NCBI GenBank assembly: GCA_049606035.1
Contig: JBMYVD010000001.1
Coordinates: 34,244-98,243, forward strand
Length of the DNA stretch: 64,000 nt
Direction: 5' to 3'
From: Candidatus Poseidoniaceae archaeon
Lineage (GTDB): Archaea; Thermoplasmatota; Poseidoniia; Poseidoniales; Poseidoniaceae
This document shows, piece by piece, positions 10,078-20,072 of this stretch (positions are counted from its first letter, which is position 1; each line of letters opens with the position of its first letter). The notes below the pieces were generated by a model. It worked only from the letters and a program-made list of their open reading frames with translations, had not been told where the DNA came from and searched no databases. The position numbers and the translations under genes were made by a program.

Positions 10078-10653
10078 ATGAGCACAGGCCTCGTAATTGG
10101 TATAATCGCTGGTGTAGTAGTCCTCATTGTGATGATTTGGTTTATCAGCACATGGAACAGACTAGTACGTCTAGAAGAAAATGTAAACAAATCATGGGCA
10201 GATATTGACGTTCTATTGAAGCAAAGATATGACATGATTCCAAACCTAGTAAACACTGTGAAAGGATACGCATCCCACGAAAGAGAAATCTTCGAACAAT
10301 TCGCACTTGCTCGCCAAACCGCAGCAGGCTGCCTAGCGAGCGGTGACGTCAAAGGCCTAGGTGCTGCAGAAGGAACCCTTGCTGCACTCATGCCAAGAAT
10401 CAATATGGTTGCTGAGCAATACCCCGAACTTAAGGCTGACACTTCCTTCGTTAACCTACAAAACCAATTAGTTTCCATTGAGAACCAGGTATCAGACAGA
10501 AGAGAATTCTACAACGCAAGCGCAACAAACTGGAACGCTGCAATTCAGATGATTCCAACCAGTATCGTCGCTGGAATGAAGGGTGCAATGCGCAGAGACC
10601 TGTTCGAAGTAACAGACCCTGTACAGAGAGAAGCCGTTCAAGTTCAATTCTGA
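10078..10653 (+). CDS. lemA: LemA family protein
   Basis: N-terminal TM, IDVLLKQRYDMIPNLVNTVKGYASHE, EQYPELKAD; start at MSTG. Confidence 0.92.
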   Translation: MSTGLVIGIIAGVVVLIVMIWFISTWNRLVRLEENVNKSWADIDVLLKQRYDMIPNLVNTVKGYASHEREIFEQFALARQTAAGCLASGDVKGLGAAEGTLAALMPRINMVAEQYPELKADTSFVNLQNQLVSIENQVSDRREFYNASATNWNAAIQMIPTSIVAGMKGAMRRDLFEVTDPVQREAVQVQF

Positions 10654-10722
10654 GCACTGCACCACATCGCTATAGGGCAAAATCGGGTGAACGTTTATGT
10701 CCGATTTTGAGAGGTAGGCCAC

Positions 10723-11004
10723 ATGGTTGAAATTACCTGTCCACACTGCTCGGAAGACCTTGAACTGCCAGATGGTGCCTTTGGGGATTTTGAGTGCCCA
10801 ATGTGCGAAGAAGAATTCATTTGGGGACAGCAACCTGTTCAAGTTGTTCACAACTTGCCCAAAGAGAAAGGAATTACGAAAGTAATTCTGAATATTATTG
10901 CACTCTGGACTGGATTTGGCTTACTTGCAACGGTCGGTTTCGTCGTTGGATTGATAGCAGCATTTTACTTTCTTGCATTAATCCTTGGTGGTTTAGCAAA
11001 CTAA
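10723..11004 (+). CDS. Small zinc-ribbon membrane protein
   Basis: CPHC-x18-CPMC followed by a long hydrophobic C-terminus; GAGGT SD upstream. Confidence 0.7.
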   Translation: MVEITCPHCSEDLELPDGAFGDFECPMCEEEFIWGQQPVQVVHNLPKEKGITKVILNIIALWTGFGLLATVGFVVGLIAAFYFLALILGGLAN

Positions 11005-11006
11005 AT

Positions 11007-12029
11007 TCATTCAGCGAAGCGTAGCAATACCTTACCAATATTCTTCGCATCATGGATGTGTTGGTGTGCTTTCGCTACATCTTTGGCATCAAAAATTGAG
11101 TCGATCACTGGTTTGAGATGACCGTCTTTCACACCTTCCATTATTCTGTAGAGTTGCTGTGCCATCGCTTCTTCGTCTTTCCAAGTTCCCATGTGGACAC
11201 CGAATACTCCCCTATTCCTTGTCATAAGGCGTAAAGCATCGAATTTTGGAGTCTTTCTCAATGCAAAGAACGCTTTCAATAGAGAACGTTTTGATGTTGG
11301 AGCTGCTGAGGAAAGACCGTAAGTGTACAACTTACCACCTTCGGCAAGACAACCTAAACTTCTTGTTAGATTGTCCCCCCCAATCGGGTCTAGTATATGG
11401 TCGACTCCTCTTCCATCAGTTGCTTCTTTCACAATTTTTGTGAAATCTTCGTTATGTCTATCGATTGGTATTCCACCAAACGATTTGATAATGTCAGATT
11501 TGTGTCCCGAAGCAGTCGCCCAGACTTGCTCTATACCTGCCCATTGGCATAATTGGAGTGCTGCTGTCCCAACCCCTCCGGCTCCACCGTGAATCAAAAC
11601 AGTCTCACCTTTCTTTAGATGACCCAAGTAATGCAACATGTGGTGTGCCGTTAGATAGGTTACTGGCATAGCTGCAGCTTCATCCAGACCCATCTCATCA
11701 GGGATTGGAATTACTCTTGATACCTTGACTGCAACATGACTGCATTGACCACCTGTCGGCATCGCTGCAACAATTCTCTGACCAACTTCAAACTCGGTTA
11801 CACCCGCTCCAAGAGAATGAATTACACCACTGACTTCATATCCAGGAGTAAATGGAAATGGAGGTCTTGGTTGATACAGGCCAAGTCTCATCAGCGTATC
11901 TGCGAAATTGATTCCTGCATAATGAACCTGAACACAGACTTCCCCTTCCTTGGGAACTGGCATTTCTATGTCCTGTATTTTGAGAACAGAGGGTGAGCCC
12001 GCTTTGGTGATTGAAACGCAATATGCCAT
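11007..12029 (-). CDS. MDR-family NADPH:quinone oxidoreductase (VAT-1/Qor-like)
   Basis: GINFAD, PFTPGYEVSG, HGGAGGVGTA, NIGKVLL. Confidence 0.9.
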   Translation of the reverse strand: MAYCVSITKAGSPSVLKIQDIEMPVPKEGEVCVQVHYAGINFADTLMRLGLYQPRPPFPFTPGYEVSGVIHSLGAGVTEFEVGQRIVAAMPTGGQCSHVAVKVSRVIPIPDEMGLDEAAAMPVTYLTAHHMLHYLGHLKKGETVLIHGGAGGVGTAALQLCQWAGIEQVWATASGHKSDIIKSFGGIPIDRHNEDFTKIVKEATDGRGVDHILDPIGGDNLTRSLGCLAEGGKLYTYGLSSAAPTSKRSLLKAFFALRKTPKFDALRLMTRNRGVFGVHMGTWKDEEAMAQQLYRIMEGVKDGHLKPVIDSIFDAKDVAKAHQHIHDAKNIGKVLLRFAE

Positions 12030-12083
12030 GATGCTGCTAAAGCGACTATTGTTTCAATGCTTGCCTAGAACAATCACCTTCGA

Positions 12084-12452
12084 TTATTCATCTGGATTGT
12101 ACTCAGTAACACGTATTCCAAGGCGACCTTTTCTTGCAGGCCTCTGCATGATTTTTTCATACTTTGATTCAAAGGCTGATTTTAGATCTATTTTCATCGC
12201 AAGCGAGTGACCCATTAACAAAATCAAAACATCAGCCATCTCTTCTGCGCACTCTTCTATTGGTTTCCCTTTGGTGACTGCTGCTGCTAACTCACCTAGT
12301 TCCTCAACAGTAAGGGCAATTCTGTAACCCATATCATGACCATTATTTCGTGCGAAATCGTGTTTGTGATGGAAGGCTGCGACTTTTCGCATCATATTAC
12401 TCCATTCATCATCTTCTTGGCAATTCAGCCAATCCTCGACGCCTCGGCTCAT
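12084..12452 (-). CDS. MazG-like nucleotide pyrophosphohydrolase
   Basis: LTVEELGELAAAV...EEMADVL (EExxE...ExxD). Confidence 0.85.
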   Translation of the reverse strand: MSRGVEDWLNCQEDDEWSNMMRKVAAFHHKHDFARNNGHDMGYRIALTVEELGELAAAVTKGKPIEECAEEMADVLILLMGHSLAMKIDLKSAFESKYEKIMQRPARKGRLGIRVTEYNPDE

Positions 12453-12480
12453 AGGTGCTGTTTTGTCGCTAGAGAATTAG

Positions 12481-13221
12481 TCATTGCGTGAACGCCTTGA
12501 TGCAATCAATCACAGGTCCAAGTTTAGATTCCGCTGTTGAAGACACTTCTTCATGATTCAAATCCTTACTTGAATCCCCAGGTTCTCGGCCAGCCGCCCA
12601 ATTACTTGATACAATAATCGCTGCATATGGGAGATTTAATTCAGCAGCCAACTTACATTCCCTAGGCATAGTCATTCCAACTACTTCACCACCTAGTTTT
12701 TCTATCGCATCGATTTCTGCCTTAGTCTCAAAGTGTGGACCGTGAGCCAACCAATATGTTCTGCTCAATTTTAGACCCGGTTGCAATTTTGACAACACTG
12801 CTTCCAGTTTCTCATTCATCCCTGCATCGAATGGCTCAGTCATTGAAGTGAACTTAGCATCAGCATTTGAGAATGTAGATTCAACACCTGTGAAGTCAAT
12901 GTACTGATGAGCGTACCCGACTGAGCCAGGAGGAAAGTCTTGTGGAATAGTGCCTACCGAGCATATTGCAAGAATCGAGTCTACACCAGCATTCGCTAAT
13001 GCCATTATGTTGGCATGATGATTTATCGAATGGGGAGGGGTTGTTCCTTCCCCGTGATGCCTTTCTACGAAGAACAGTTCATTGTCTCCGCTTTTAACAC
13101 AGAGTAATGGTACACTACCGTACTTAGTCTCGACAACTATCTCATCACTTCTAGTGACATCCAACTCACTAGTTGCAAGGCTGGTCATAGCCGTGCCGCC
13201 AATGAGGCCCAGGCGCATCAT
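12481..13221 (-). CDS. mtnP: 5'-methylthioadenosine/purine nucleoside phosphorylase
   Basis: GLIGGT, RHH...PPHSINHHAN, GPHFETKAE, VGMT..RE, SNWAAG. Confidence 0.85.
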   Translation of the reverse strand: MMRLGLIGGTAMTSLATSELDVTRSDEIVVETKYGSVPLLCVKSGDNELFFVERHHGEGTTPPHSINHHANIMALANAGVDSILAICSVGTIPQDFPPGSVGYAHQYIDFTGVESTFSNADAKFTSMTEPFDAGMNEKLEAVLSKLQPGLKLSRTYWLAHGPHFETKAEIDAIEKLGGEVVGMTMPRECKLAAELNLPYAAIIVSSNWAAGREPGDSSKDLNHEEVSSTAESKLGPVIDCIKAFTQ

Positions 13222-13229
13222 CTTTCAAC

Positions 13230-14225
13230 TCACTCAAGGAGGCGAGCGACGATATCAGCCTTAGTTCCAGAAGTTGCAACTCCTGCAGCCTTTGCCTTCT
13301 CAACCAACTCATCCTTCTTCAGTTTCATTAGTGAAGCCTCGGTTTCAGCCGGTGCTTCTTCAGCGACTTCTTCGACTTCTTCTTCAGGTTCTGCAGCAGG
13401 TTCGACCTCTTCTTCTGAAGGTGCTTCAACAACTTCTTCTTTCTCAGAGATTGACTCCATTGCTTCTGCTGCTGCTAGTAGACCAGCTTCTTCACCGTCA
13501 TCTGCATCATCTTCTTCGGCAGCCGCTAGTGCTGCGGCTTTCTTTGCCTTGAGTTCTGCTTCTTGGCGAGACTCTTCAGCATGGATTTCGTCTAGAGTTG
13601 GTCCCTTTTCGGTAATTACACCAGATTGCAATAGTTGGCTCTTGCGGATTACAACATTTCTGCAAGGGTAAATTGCCTTTACTGCGTTTCTAATCTCTGT
13701 TTCTAGGTCGCCTCCGAGCATTGCTTCTTGCAACTTAGCATAAGTAGACTTTGCAGCGAAAGAGCGAATGATTTCAGCGGACTTAGCACGCATTGCTTGC
13801 TTGACTGATGTTTGGCATCTTCGCTCTGTGATCATAAGTGGCTTCATTCTTACTAGGAAACCATCGGTGGTTACAACATCTACTACGTCGTCGATTTTTC
13901 CTCTGTATCTTCGAATTTGACGACGTGTGTGGTCGGATTGGTGTGCGTGTCCTACGAATGTAGTTAGTGCATCTTGACCAACTACTTCGGTCACTCTGAA
14001 TCTTAGAAGGACGTGCATCTTAGTGAAGTCGCCACTGAATTCTTGCTGTGTCATTTCATAGACACGGCCCATGATGTGCTCATCTGTCTCACCGAGAGTT
14101 TCTCCTATTCGCTTGAAGTTCCATGGATGTCGTGGTGCACGGATTGTGAACCATCGCTTGTTCTTCCACTTGTCACGCTGCTTACGTGCTGCTGCACGTG
14201 CCTTTGCACTCATCTTCTTCGCCAT
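13230..14225 (-). CDS. rps3ae: 30S ribosomal protein S3Ae (eS1) with acidic linker and C-terminal SAP/HeH-like domain
   Basis: DKWKNKRWFTIRAP, GRVYE, AIYPCRNVVIRKS; about 130-aa extra tail. Confidence 0.93.
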   Translation of the reverse strand: MAKKMSAKARAAARKQRDKWKNKRWFTIRAPRHPWNFKRIGETLGETDEHIMGRVYEMTQQEFSGDFTKMHVLLRFRVTEVVGQDALTTFVGHAHQSDHTRRQIRRYRGKIDDVVDVVTTDGFLVRMKPLMITERRCQTSVKQAMRAKSAEIIRSFAAKSTYAKLQEAMLGGDLETEIRNAVKAIYPCRNVVIRKSQLLQSGVITEKGPTLDEIHAEESRQEAELKAKKAAALAAAEEDDADDGEEAGLLAAAEAMESISEKEEVVEAPSEEEVEPAAEPEEEVEEVAEEAPAETEASLMKLKKDELVEKAKAAGVATSGTKADIVARLLE

Positions 14226-14331
14226 TTTGGATCAACTCTCAGATTGCGGGGGCTACCCCACTTGCAGCCCTCCGACAAACATGGCCTATATGAAGGGAAT
14301 AGATGCTTACTAAGCGCCTATTGGAGCACAA

Positions 14332-15357
14332 TCACCAGCCACGCTGGTCTAGACGAACCTCGAGTGTTTCTAGTTCATCCCCACGCATTGGTGCACCTTC
14401 CATCATACCCATCGCTTCAGCGACCTTGTCAGGGTCGTCGTAGTGAGCTGTTGCTAGAACGATAGCGTCTGCCATAGTTTTGGGGTCCTCTGATTTGAAA
14501 ATACCAGAACCAACGAAAATACCGTCGACTCCCATCTGCATCATCAGTGAGGCATCTGCAGGTGTAGCGATTCCGCCTGCGCAGAATGTTACTACTGGTA
14601 GTCTGCCCAATTCAGCAACCTCAACCAAAATATCTCTGATTCCACCATGCATTTCATCATCGATTGCACCAAATGGTGTAATGTTGGATGTTCCTGGAAG
14701 GTCGCTTGAATCTGCTAGAACCCTGTACCTGTCCATGATTATGTTTGCAGCCTCGTCCAGACCTTTGTCATCAAGAGTTTGAATCTGTCTAACTTCTTGG
14801 TCGATTAGCCTAGCGTGTGTAACCGCTGCAACAACGTTACCAGTCCCAGCTTCGCCTTTAGTACGAATCATTGCGGCGCCTTCGTAAATTCTTCTGACAG
14901 CTTCTCCTAGTCCGGTTGCGCCGCAGACGAAAGGAATGTCGTGTGCGTTCTTGTTGATGTGGAAGTATGGGTCAGCAGGTGTAAGTACCTCAGATTCATC
15001 AACCATGTCAACACCGAGTGCTTGCAAAACCTGAGTTTCGGCTTCATGCCCGATTCTAGATTTTGCCATGACTGGAATAGAAGTGCATTCGATGATTCCA
15101 GTGATCATGTCAGGATGAGAAGTTCTCGCAACCCCACCTGCTTTTCTGATGTCCGCAGGCACTCTTTCTAGGGCCATGACGGAGACTGCTCCAGCGTCTT
15201 CAGCAACAGCAGATTGTTCTGGTGTAACGACGTCCATGATTACGCCGCCTTTCAGCATTGAAGCAAAACCACGCTTCAATAGGTCGTCAGCGTGGCGTAG
15301 GGATTTTACATCGGCATTATTATTCATGGCCATCATCCCTTGCGTGGGACATTTCAT
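14332..15357 (-). CDS. pdxS: Pyridoxal 5'-phosphate synthase lyase subunit
   Basis: [40 protein letters not shown]; true start may be 15327. Confidence 0.97.
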   Translation of the reverse strand: MKCPTQGMMAMNNNADVKSLRHADDLLKRGFASMLKGGVIMDVVTPEQSAVAEDAGAVSVMALERVPADIRKAGGVARTSHPDMITGIIECTSIPVMAKSRIGHEAETQVLQALGVDMVDESEVLTPADPYFHINKNAHDIPFVCGATGLGEAVRRIYEGAAMIRTKGEAGTGNVVAAVTHARLIDQEVRQIQTLDDKGLDEAANIIMDRYRVLADSSDLPGTSNITPFGAIDDEMHGGIRDILVEVAELGRLPVVTFCAGGIATPADASLMMQMGVDGIFVGSGIFKSEDPKTMADAIVLATAHYDDPDKVAEAMGMMEGAPMRGDELETLEVRLDQRGW

Positions 15358-15385
15358 TCATGAAGATATGTTATCCTTCACAAAA

Positions 15386-15661
15386 TTAGTCGCCTAGAAC
15401 CGGGGTGTCACCGGTAGCGATTTCAGCATCGACTGATTCGGTTTCGTTCCTTTCAATCCATGCTTCTTCGTCATCTGGGACATCGGTATCAGCAAAGATT
15501 GCATCGACTGGACATTCCGGCACACATGCTCCACAATCAATGCACTCATCTGGGTCGATGATTAGGTAAGTGTCTGCTTCTCTGAATGCTTCAACAGGAC
15601 AAACTGCAACACATTCCTGATATTTGTGGTCAACACAAGCCGAGGTTACTACGTGGGTCAT
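15386..15661 (-). CDS. Ferredoxin, 7Fe (FdxA-like)
   Basis: C-x7-C-x3-CP and CIDCGACVPECP, acidic tail. Confidence 0.9.
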   Translation of the reverse strand: MTHVVTSACVDHKYQECVAVCPVEAFREADTYLIIDPDECIDCGACVPECPVDAIFADTDVPDDEEAWIERNETESVDAEIATGDTPVLGD

Positions 15662-15735
15662 GGGAATCTCTCCAACTATCGCTCAAAGTTGTAGGATATA
15701 ATGCCTTGCTAAGAGCCTGAAAAATTTAGGGCAGC

Positions 15736-16176
15736 CTAATTCAGTGCTGCGGTTTTGGCATTTTCAATTGTTTCAAGTGCTACATCCATTGCCTCACTTC
15801 CAGGATAGACCTCCAATTTCGCTTTGCCTTTGACTGTAGGCCTTTCGCCGGGAGAGGTTAGAGTCAATTTCCCTGAAAGTAAATCCAACAAGTCTAGACG
15901 AATGTGAATTACATTATTTTCATCAAGCCGGTCATTTAGTTCAGACTGCAATGATTCTAGTACTTCAACTCCCAAAAGGGATAGAGATTTTGTTGCCTTG
16001 CCTCTTCTTTTTAATTCTGCAGTTATTAGGTGAATCGGAGAACCGTGATATGAATTCATTCTCTCAATCGAGACTGCCTTATCATCACCAACTAACCATC
16101 CAAGTGCTGCGGCGTGAATATACTCATCCTCTAGACCACTGGCAGTGGATTGCCAAGACACGTGATGTACGCCCAT
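15736..16176 (-). CDS. Archaeal RNA-binding protein (DUF54/PF01877-like)
   Basis: S..EDE, YHGSPI, RLDENNVIHIRLD, KLEVYP pattern; start moved to MGVHH. Confidence 0.7.
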   Translation of the reverse strand: MGVHHVSWQSTASGLEDEYIHAAALGWLVGDDKAVSIERMNSYHGSPIHLITAELKRRGKATKSLSLLGVEVLESLQSELNDRLDENNVIHIRLDLLDLLSGKLTLTSPGERPTVKGKAKLEVYPGSEAMDVALETIENAKTAALN

Positions 16177-16210
16177 GAATGTCCCAACTCTTTGGAGGTG
16201 ATGATTATTT

Positions 16211-16456
16211 TCAATCAAGCGGGTGGTCAACACCCTCTTCACCAAGAGTCCATCGCAGAGTTTTGATGACCCCATCCAATGCTTTGTGATTCCTAGCAGC
16301 TTCTTTCATGCCGTCTCTATCTCCGTCTTTGCTGCATTGGTCGAACCACTTCTTCCACTGGTCTCTGCGAGCAATAGCCTTTCCAAGCATCTCTTCAATC
16401 TCACTCCATGAGCGGTCGTAACTTCGAACTGGCTCTCTACCATTCTCAGAACTCAT
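16211..16456 (-). CDS. Small conserved hypothetical helical protein
   Basis: RSWSEIEEML...ARNHKALDGVIKTLRWTLGE; start at MSSENG. Confidence 0.7.
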   Translation of the reverse strand: MSSENGREPVRSYDRSWSEIEEMLGKAIARRDQWKKWFDQCSKDGDRDGMKEAARNHKALDGVIKTLRWTLGEEGVDHPLD

Positions 16457-16511
16457 CGCCACACTGCGCAAACATTCCCTATAAGAAAGGTACACCAACA
16501 CGCTCTGTAAA

Positions 16512-17543
16512 TTACCTTTTTTCATTTTCAAGGTCGATAACGATATGAGATTCGTCACCAATCACGCAATTATGTATTCTAGAGTCAATGATTGAATTTT
16601 CACCAATAATCGATGATTCTGATACTCCATTTATCCTCGAGTTTGCCATAACAACGGAGTTTACCGCTGCCCCATTTACCGAGGAACCTGCAAGAATAAC
16701 TGATCTAGAGATATGCCCACTTACAGAGGCTGAATCGCTGATGAAAGAGCCATCTGGCAATACTTCACCATCAGGCATTGGGAATGGTAACTCATTACGC
16801 CTTTCAATCAATGTCATTTGGGCTTTGTGAAGTTCAAAGGGATGTCCAACATCGAACCAAATCCCGTTGACTGTTTTTGCATACATTGGCCAGCCTCTTG
16901 CCAAAACATCGGGGAATAGTTGCTTTGAAAAATCGTATTTTTCACCTTCTGGTACTAATTCCATTACCTCTGGCTCGATTATGTATAATCCAGCATTAAT
17001 CAAATTTGAAAACGCTTCTTCATTTGTTGGTTTTTCTTTAAACTTTGAAATGTATCCTTCATCCAATGAGGAGTCAACATCGCCCTCGTGTTTACTTGAA
17101 AGGCCGACTATACCAAATTCTGTTGGATCATCTACTTCCCATAGAGCCATTGTAACCTTAGCTCCAGATTTTCGATGGGAAGATAGTAAATCTTCAATAT
17201 CGAAGGAAGCGACTGAATCTCCTGAACCTACAACGAAGGTTTCAGTCAATTCTTTAGACAATAATTTCACACTACCCGCTGTTCCCATTGGTCTATCTTC
17301 TTGATTAACTCTACTTTTGGTATTCCACGAATCCACGTGCGATACAAGTTGCTCCCCCTGGTAGCCGGTTGTGACAATAATTTCTGACAAACCTGCAGCA
17401 ACCATTGCATCCTTGACATAATCAATCACAGGTCTGCCTAATACAGGAACCATCGGTTTTGGCCGATTTTTCGTTAAGGGCATCAAACGGGTACCACGGC
17501 CTCCCGCCATGATAATTCCAAGCAGACTCTCACTTCCTGCCAC
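16512..17543 (-). CDS. Sugar-1-phosphate nucleotidyltransferase (GCD1/mannose-1-P guanylyltransferase family)
   Basis: MAGGRGTRLMPLT..RPKPM, GTAG, FKEKP, WFDVG; left-handed beta-helix tail. Confidence 0.9.
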   Translation of the reverse strand: MAGSESLLGIIMAGGRGTRLMPLTKNRPKPMVPVLGRPVIDYVKDAMVAAGLSEIIVTTGYQGEQLVSHVDSWNTKSRVNQEDRPMGTAGSVKLLSKELTETFVVGSGDSVASFDIEDLLSSHRKSGAKVTMALWEVDDPTEFGIVGLSSKHEGDVDSSLDEGYISKFKEKPTNEEAFSNLINAGLYIIEPEVMELVPEGEKYDFSKQLFPDVLARGWPMYAKTVNGIWFDVGHPFELHKAQMTLIERRNELPFPMPDGEVLPDGSFISDSASVSGHISRSVILAGSSVNGAAVNSVVMANSRINGVSESSIIGENSIIDSRIHNCVIGDESHIVIDLENEKR

Positions 17544-18540
17544 GGGAAGCGGTCATGTCTATGCTTCGCATGTTTTTCTTCTTACTAGAACGGCCCTTTT
17601 TGGCACCGACACCAGCCCTGTCTCCAGACATAGTACCACCAAATGATAGTGAACCTGCACTTAGAAGGTGTTCAACCATAGAATCTGCAACATTTTCATC
17701 CTCTGCACCGGTTTTCATCTCGTTAGAAACCGAAGCGTTATGGTCAGTAATCCAAGATTCTCTTTCTTCTCTTGCGATTTTCAGTTTGTCCCTTGCTTCA
17801 TTGACTTCCTTCATCATTTCAGAAATCTTTGAGTGAACCTCGTCGGCCTTTTCTCTGCAAGCCAAGAATTCTTTGTGGAATCTGTCGCCCTCACCTTTGA
17901 GGAAATCTCTGTGAGCGAATAATTCGTCTAATTCCTTGCTCATTCCCTTTGCTCTCTCAAGACATTCCACGAAATCCTTGTGTGCAGCATCTGCTTCTGC
18001 TTTGAGTTGAGCGATAGCTTCGTCCCTATTCGATAAGTCGACTTTGATTAATTGTAATTTCTCAACCTCTGGTTCAAGTTCTTTCATGCGGCGACGCATA
18101 TTCTTGATCTTCTCCATGGTCTCCTTTTCCTTCTTAGAAGACATACCACCTCGAGTTTCGTAGGTCTTTTCCATGTTGTCTACTTCACTCGACAGTTTGT
18201 TAAATTCAAATGAGGCGGATTTCTTGTCATTTTTATCGCCACGCTGGGCCTTTGCTTGCCCAATTAGGTCTCTAATTTGGGCTTGGATTGCATCTCTTCT
18301 GGTCTTGTGTAAATTCTGCTCTGCACGAATTGCCTTAACTTCTGCAACCGACATATCTAATTTTTCACGGTGCTCCTTGTACTGAGCTTGGATTGCATTG
18401 CGTTGCTCTGCGAAACGCTTTGCTTGGTCGTTGTGATTATTCCTTGCATCACGTAACTTTCGAACCTTTGCCTCCATTTGATGAAGGTGGTCACGCAAAT
18501 CAGCATCTGGACGAGTGTTCTCATCTTGAGCCTCGGTCAT
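17530..18540 (-). CDS. Archaeal coiled-coil protein (COG1340-like)
   Basis: Heptad-rich with ADAAH/GDRFH/ADEVH repeats and a basic C-terminal tail; start MTEAQ. Confidence 0.75.
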   Translation of the reverse strand: MTEAQDENTRPDADLRDHLHQMEAKVRKLRDARNNHNDQAKRFAEQRNAIQAQYKEHREKLDMSVAEVKAIRAEQNLHKTRRDAIQAQIRDLIGQAKAQRGDKNDKKSASFEFNKLSSEVDNMEKTYETRGGMSSKKEKETMEKIKNMRRRMKELEPEVEKLQLIKVDLSNRDEAIAQLKAEADAAHKDFVECLERAKGMSKELDELFAHRDFLKGEGDRFHKEFLACREKADEVHSKISEMMKEVNEARDKLKIAREERESWITDHNASVSNEMKTGAEDENVADSMVEHLLSAGSLSFGGTMSGDRAGVGAKKGRSSKKKNMRSIDMTASRGRK

Positions 18541-18590
18541 GGCATCTGCGACGGCATCATTCCTTTCAATGCTACGATTGAAAATATGGT

Positions 18591-20072
18591 TCAAGCAGAA
18601 GCCAAGAGTGCCATTAATTGGAAGATAATCGCCCCGAACAAACCAATACTACCAAGCAAGTATGAAGTGATAGAACTGGTATTCCTGAGCCAAGTTACGA
18701 ACTCTGGCTGTACTCTGACATTTATTTGGCGTCCAACGAGTAAATCTCCGTTTGTATTTTCCAACCTCACAGAAACAGATGCCTCTCCAGTCCTCTCCGG
18801 CAGTAGTGTTTGCCATGTTATTGTACCATCTCTCAATAGACCAGACATTCTTCCTATTACATCATCATCGCCTTCGCTAGATAATGGAACTTCTTCATCC
18901 GCCCACCATGATTTTTCTCCTGGCTCTAGATTATATCTTAGTGCCAAATCATTTGGACGGAAATCAGGTGAATGAACCCTGAGTACTACTTGCCTCTCCT
19001 CACCTGTAAGGTTGTAAATATAACAAAATAAATTCGCTTTTTCTGTAACTACGTTTTCCAAATCTACGTCAAATAACAAGCCATCTAAATCCGCTTTTTT
19101 CCCTATTGCAAGGTCCTGTTCTAACCTTTCAATTAATCTATAGAAGGCAGGATTGTTACGGTTTGAACTAGCAAACAAAGAATCCCATAGCTCTTCTTTG
19201 AAGATCTCATGTTCCAAAATGAGTTTTACTCCTTTGCTAGTCAGAATTTCAGCCAACTCAATACTGGTGGTGCTTCTATCAATACCACCTTTGAATCTTC
19301 TATGCATCAGCATAAGGAATTTTTCCCAGCCGAACTCTTTGTTTACTCCTTTCTTTGTGTTGGATTCAAATTCATTCAAAAAATCATCAAACTTACTTCT
19401 GAGCAGTGGGTCCATCAGATTTCTCATCATGTCAGTATATGCCATATTAAGAGTCGATGGATGAATCGGAGGGGTGTAAGCGGTTAGTAAACCGTCATCG
19501 GTAACCATGTTGAATTTTCGATTCCTTGTAGAAAGATGCTGTCCTATCGCAATTGTAACCAAGGAAGCGCTTGCTAATAAACCACGACCTCCTAGTTTGG
19601 AATCGGAGTCAAGATATGCAACAATCATTGAAATTATGGTTGCAGTTACACTCATCCACAATGCAGTATTGTGGCTAGCCATCGTCCTAGAAATCAAACC
19701 ATCAACCGATGAAAAACCATGCATGCTTGTAACGGGCCGATGAGAATTTGCAGCTTCTGCAACCTCCCATCTGAATACCTGCCTAGTCAGTTTAACCCTG
19801 TATCTATGTAGGTATAACCCAACACAGAATCCAATCAGAATTGTGGCTGAAATCAGTGTAAATGCAGTCGAGAGATCGAAACCTACTGCAGGTTCGATAT
19901 TGTCTAGCCACCAAGATGGACTTTCACCTTTGTAAGCCCAAGCACCAAAGAAAGAAAGTAGAGAAAATGTAGGTAATAGTAAAACTAAACGCAACCCTTC
20001 TGTCAGAAATTGGCTATCAATGCCATGAAATTTTTCTTCCTTTGAGCGGAGTTGTTGTAAATTTTCATTCAT
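18591..20072 (-). CDS. Hypothetical polytopic membrane protein
   Basis: Four N-terminal TMs, soluble domain, C-terminal TM; ATGA overlap with the upstream regulator. Confidence 0.75.
   Translation of the reverse strand: MNENLQQLRSKEEKFHGIDSQFLTEGLRLVLLLPTFSLLSFFGAWAYKGESPSWWLDNIEPAVGFDLSTAFTLISATILIGFCVGLYLHRYRVKLTRQVFRWEVAEAANSHRPVTSMHGFSSVDGLISRTMASHNTALWMSVTATIISMIVAYLDSDSKLGGRGLLASASLVTIAIGQHLSTRNRKFNMVTDDGLLTAYTPPIHPSTLNMAYTDMMRNLMDPLLRSKFDDFLNEFESNTKKGVNKEFGWEKFLMLMHRRFKGGIDRSTTSIELAEILTSKGVKLILEHEIFKEELWDSLFASSNRNNPAFYRLIERLEQDLAIGKKADLDGLLFDVDLENVVTEKANLFCYIYNLTGEERQVVLRVHSPDFRPNDLALRYNLEPGEKSWWADEEVPLSSEGDDDVIGRMSGLLRDGTITWQTLLPERTGEASVSVRLENTNGDLLVGRQINVRVQPEFVTWLRNTSSITSYLLGSIGLFGAIIFQLMALLASA

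Noticed and set aside
10723..11004. LysW carrier protein
   Set aside because: The zinc ribbon is similar, but the C-terminal EDWGE is missing and a TM segment is present instead
14226..14300. GC-rich hairpin in the rps3ae leader
   Set aside because: Short stem only; a regulatory RNA cannot be supported without comparative data
14620..14740. About 30-aa insertion in PdxS and no adjacent pdxT
   Set aside because: Similar inserts and unlinked pdxT are recalled from other Euryarchaeota; not distinctive
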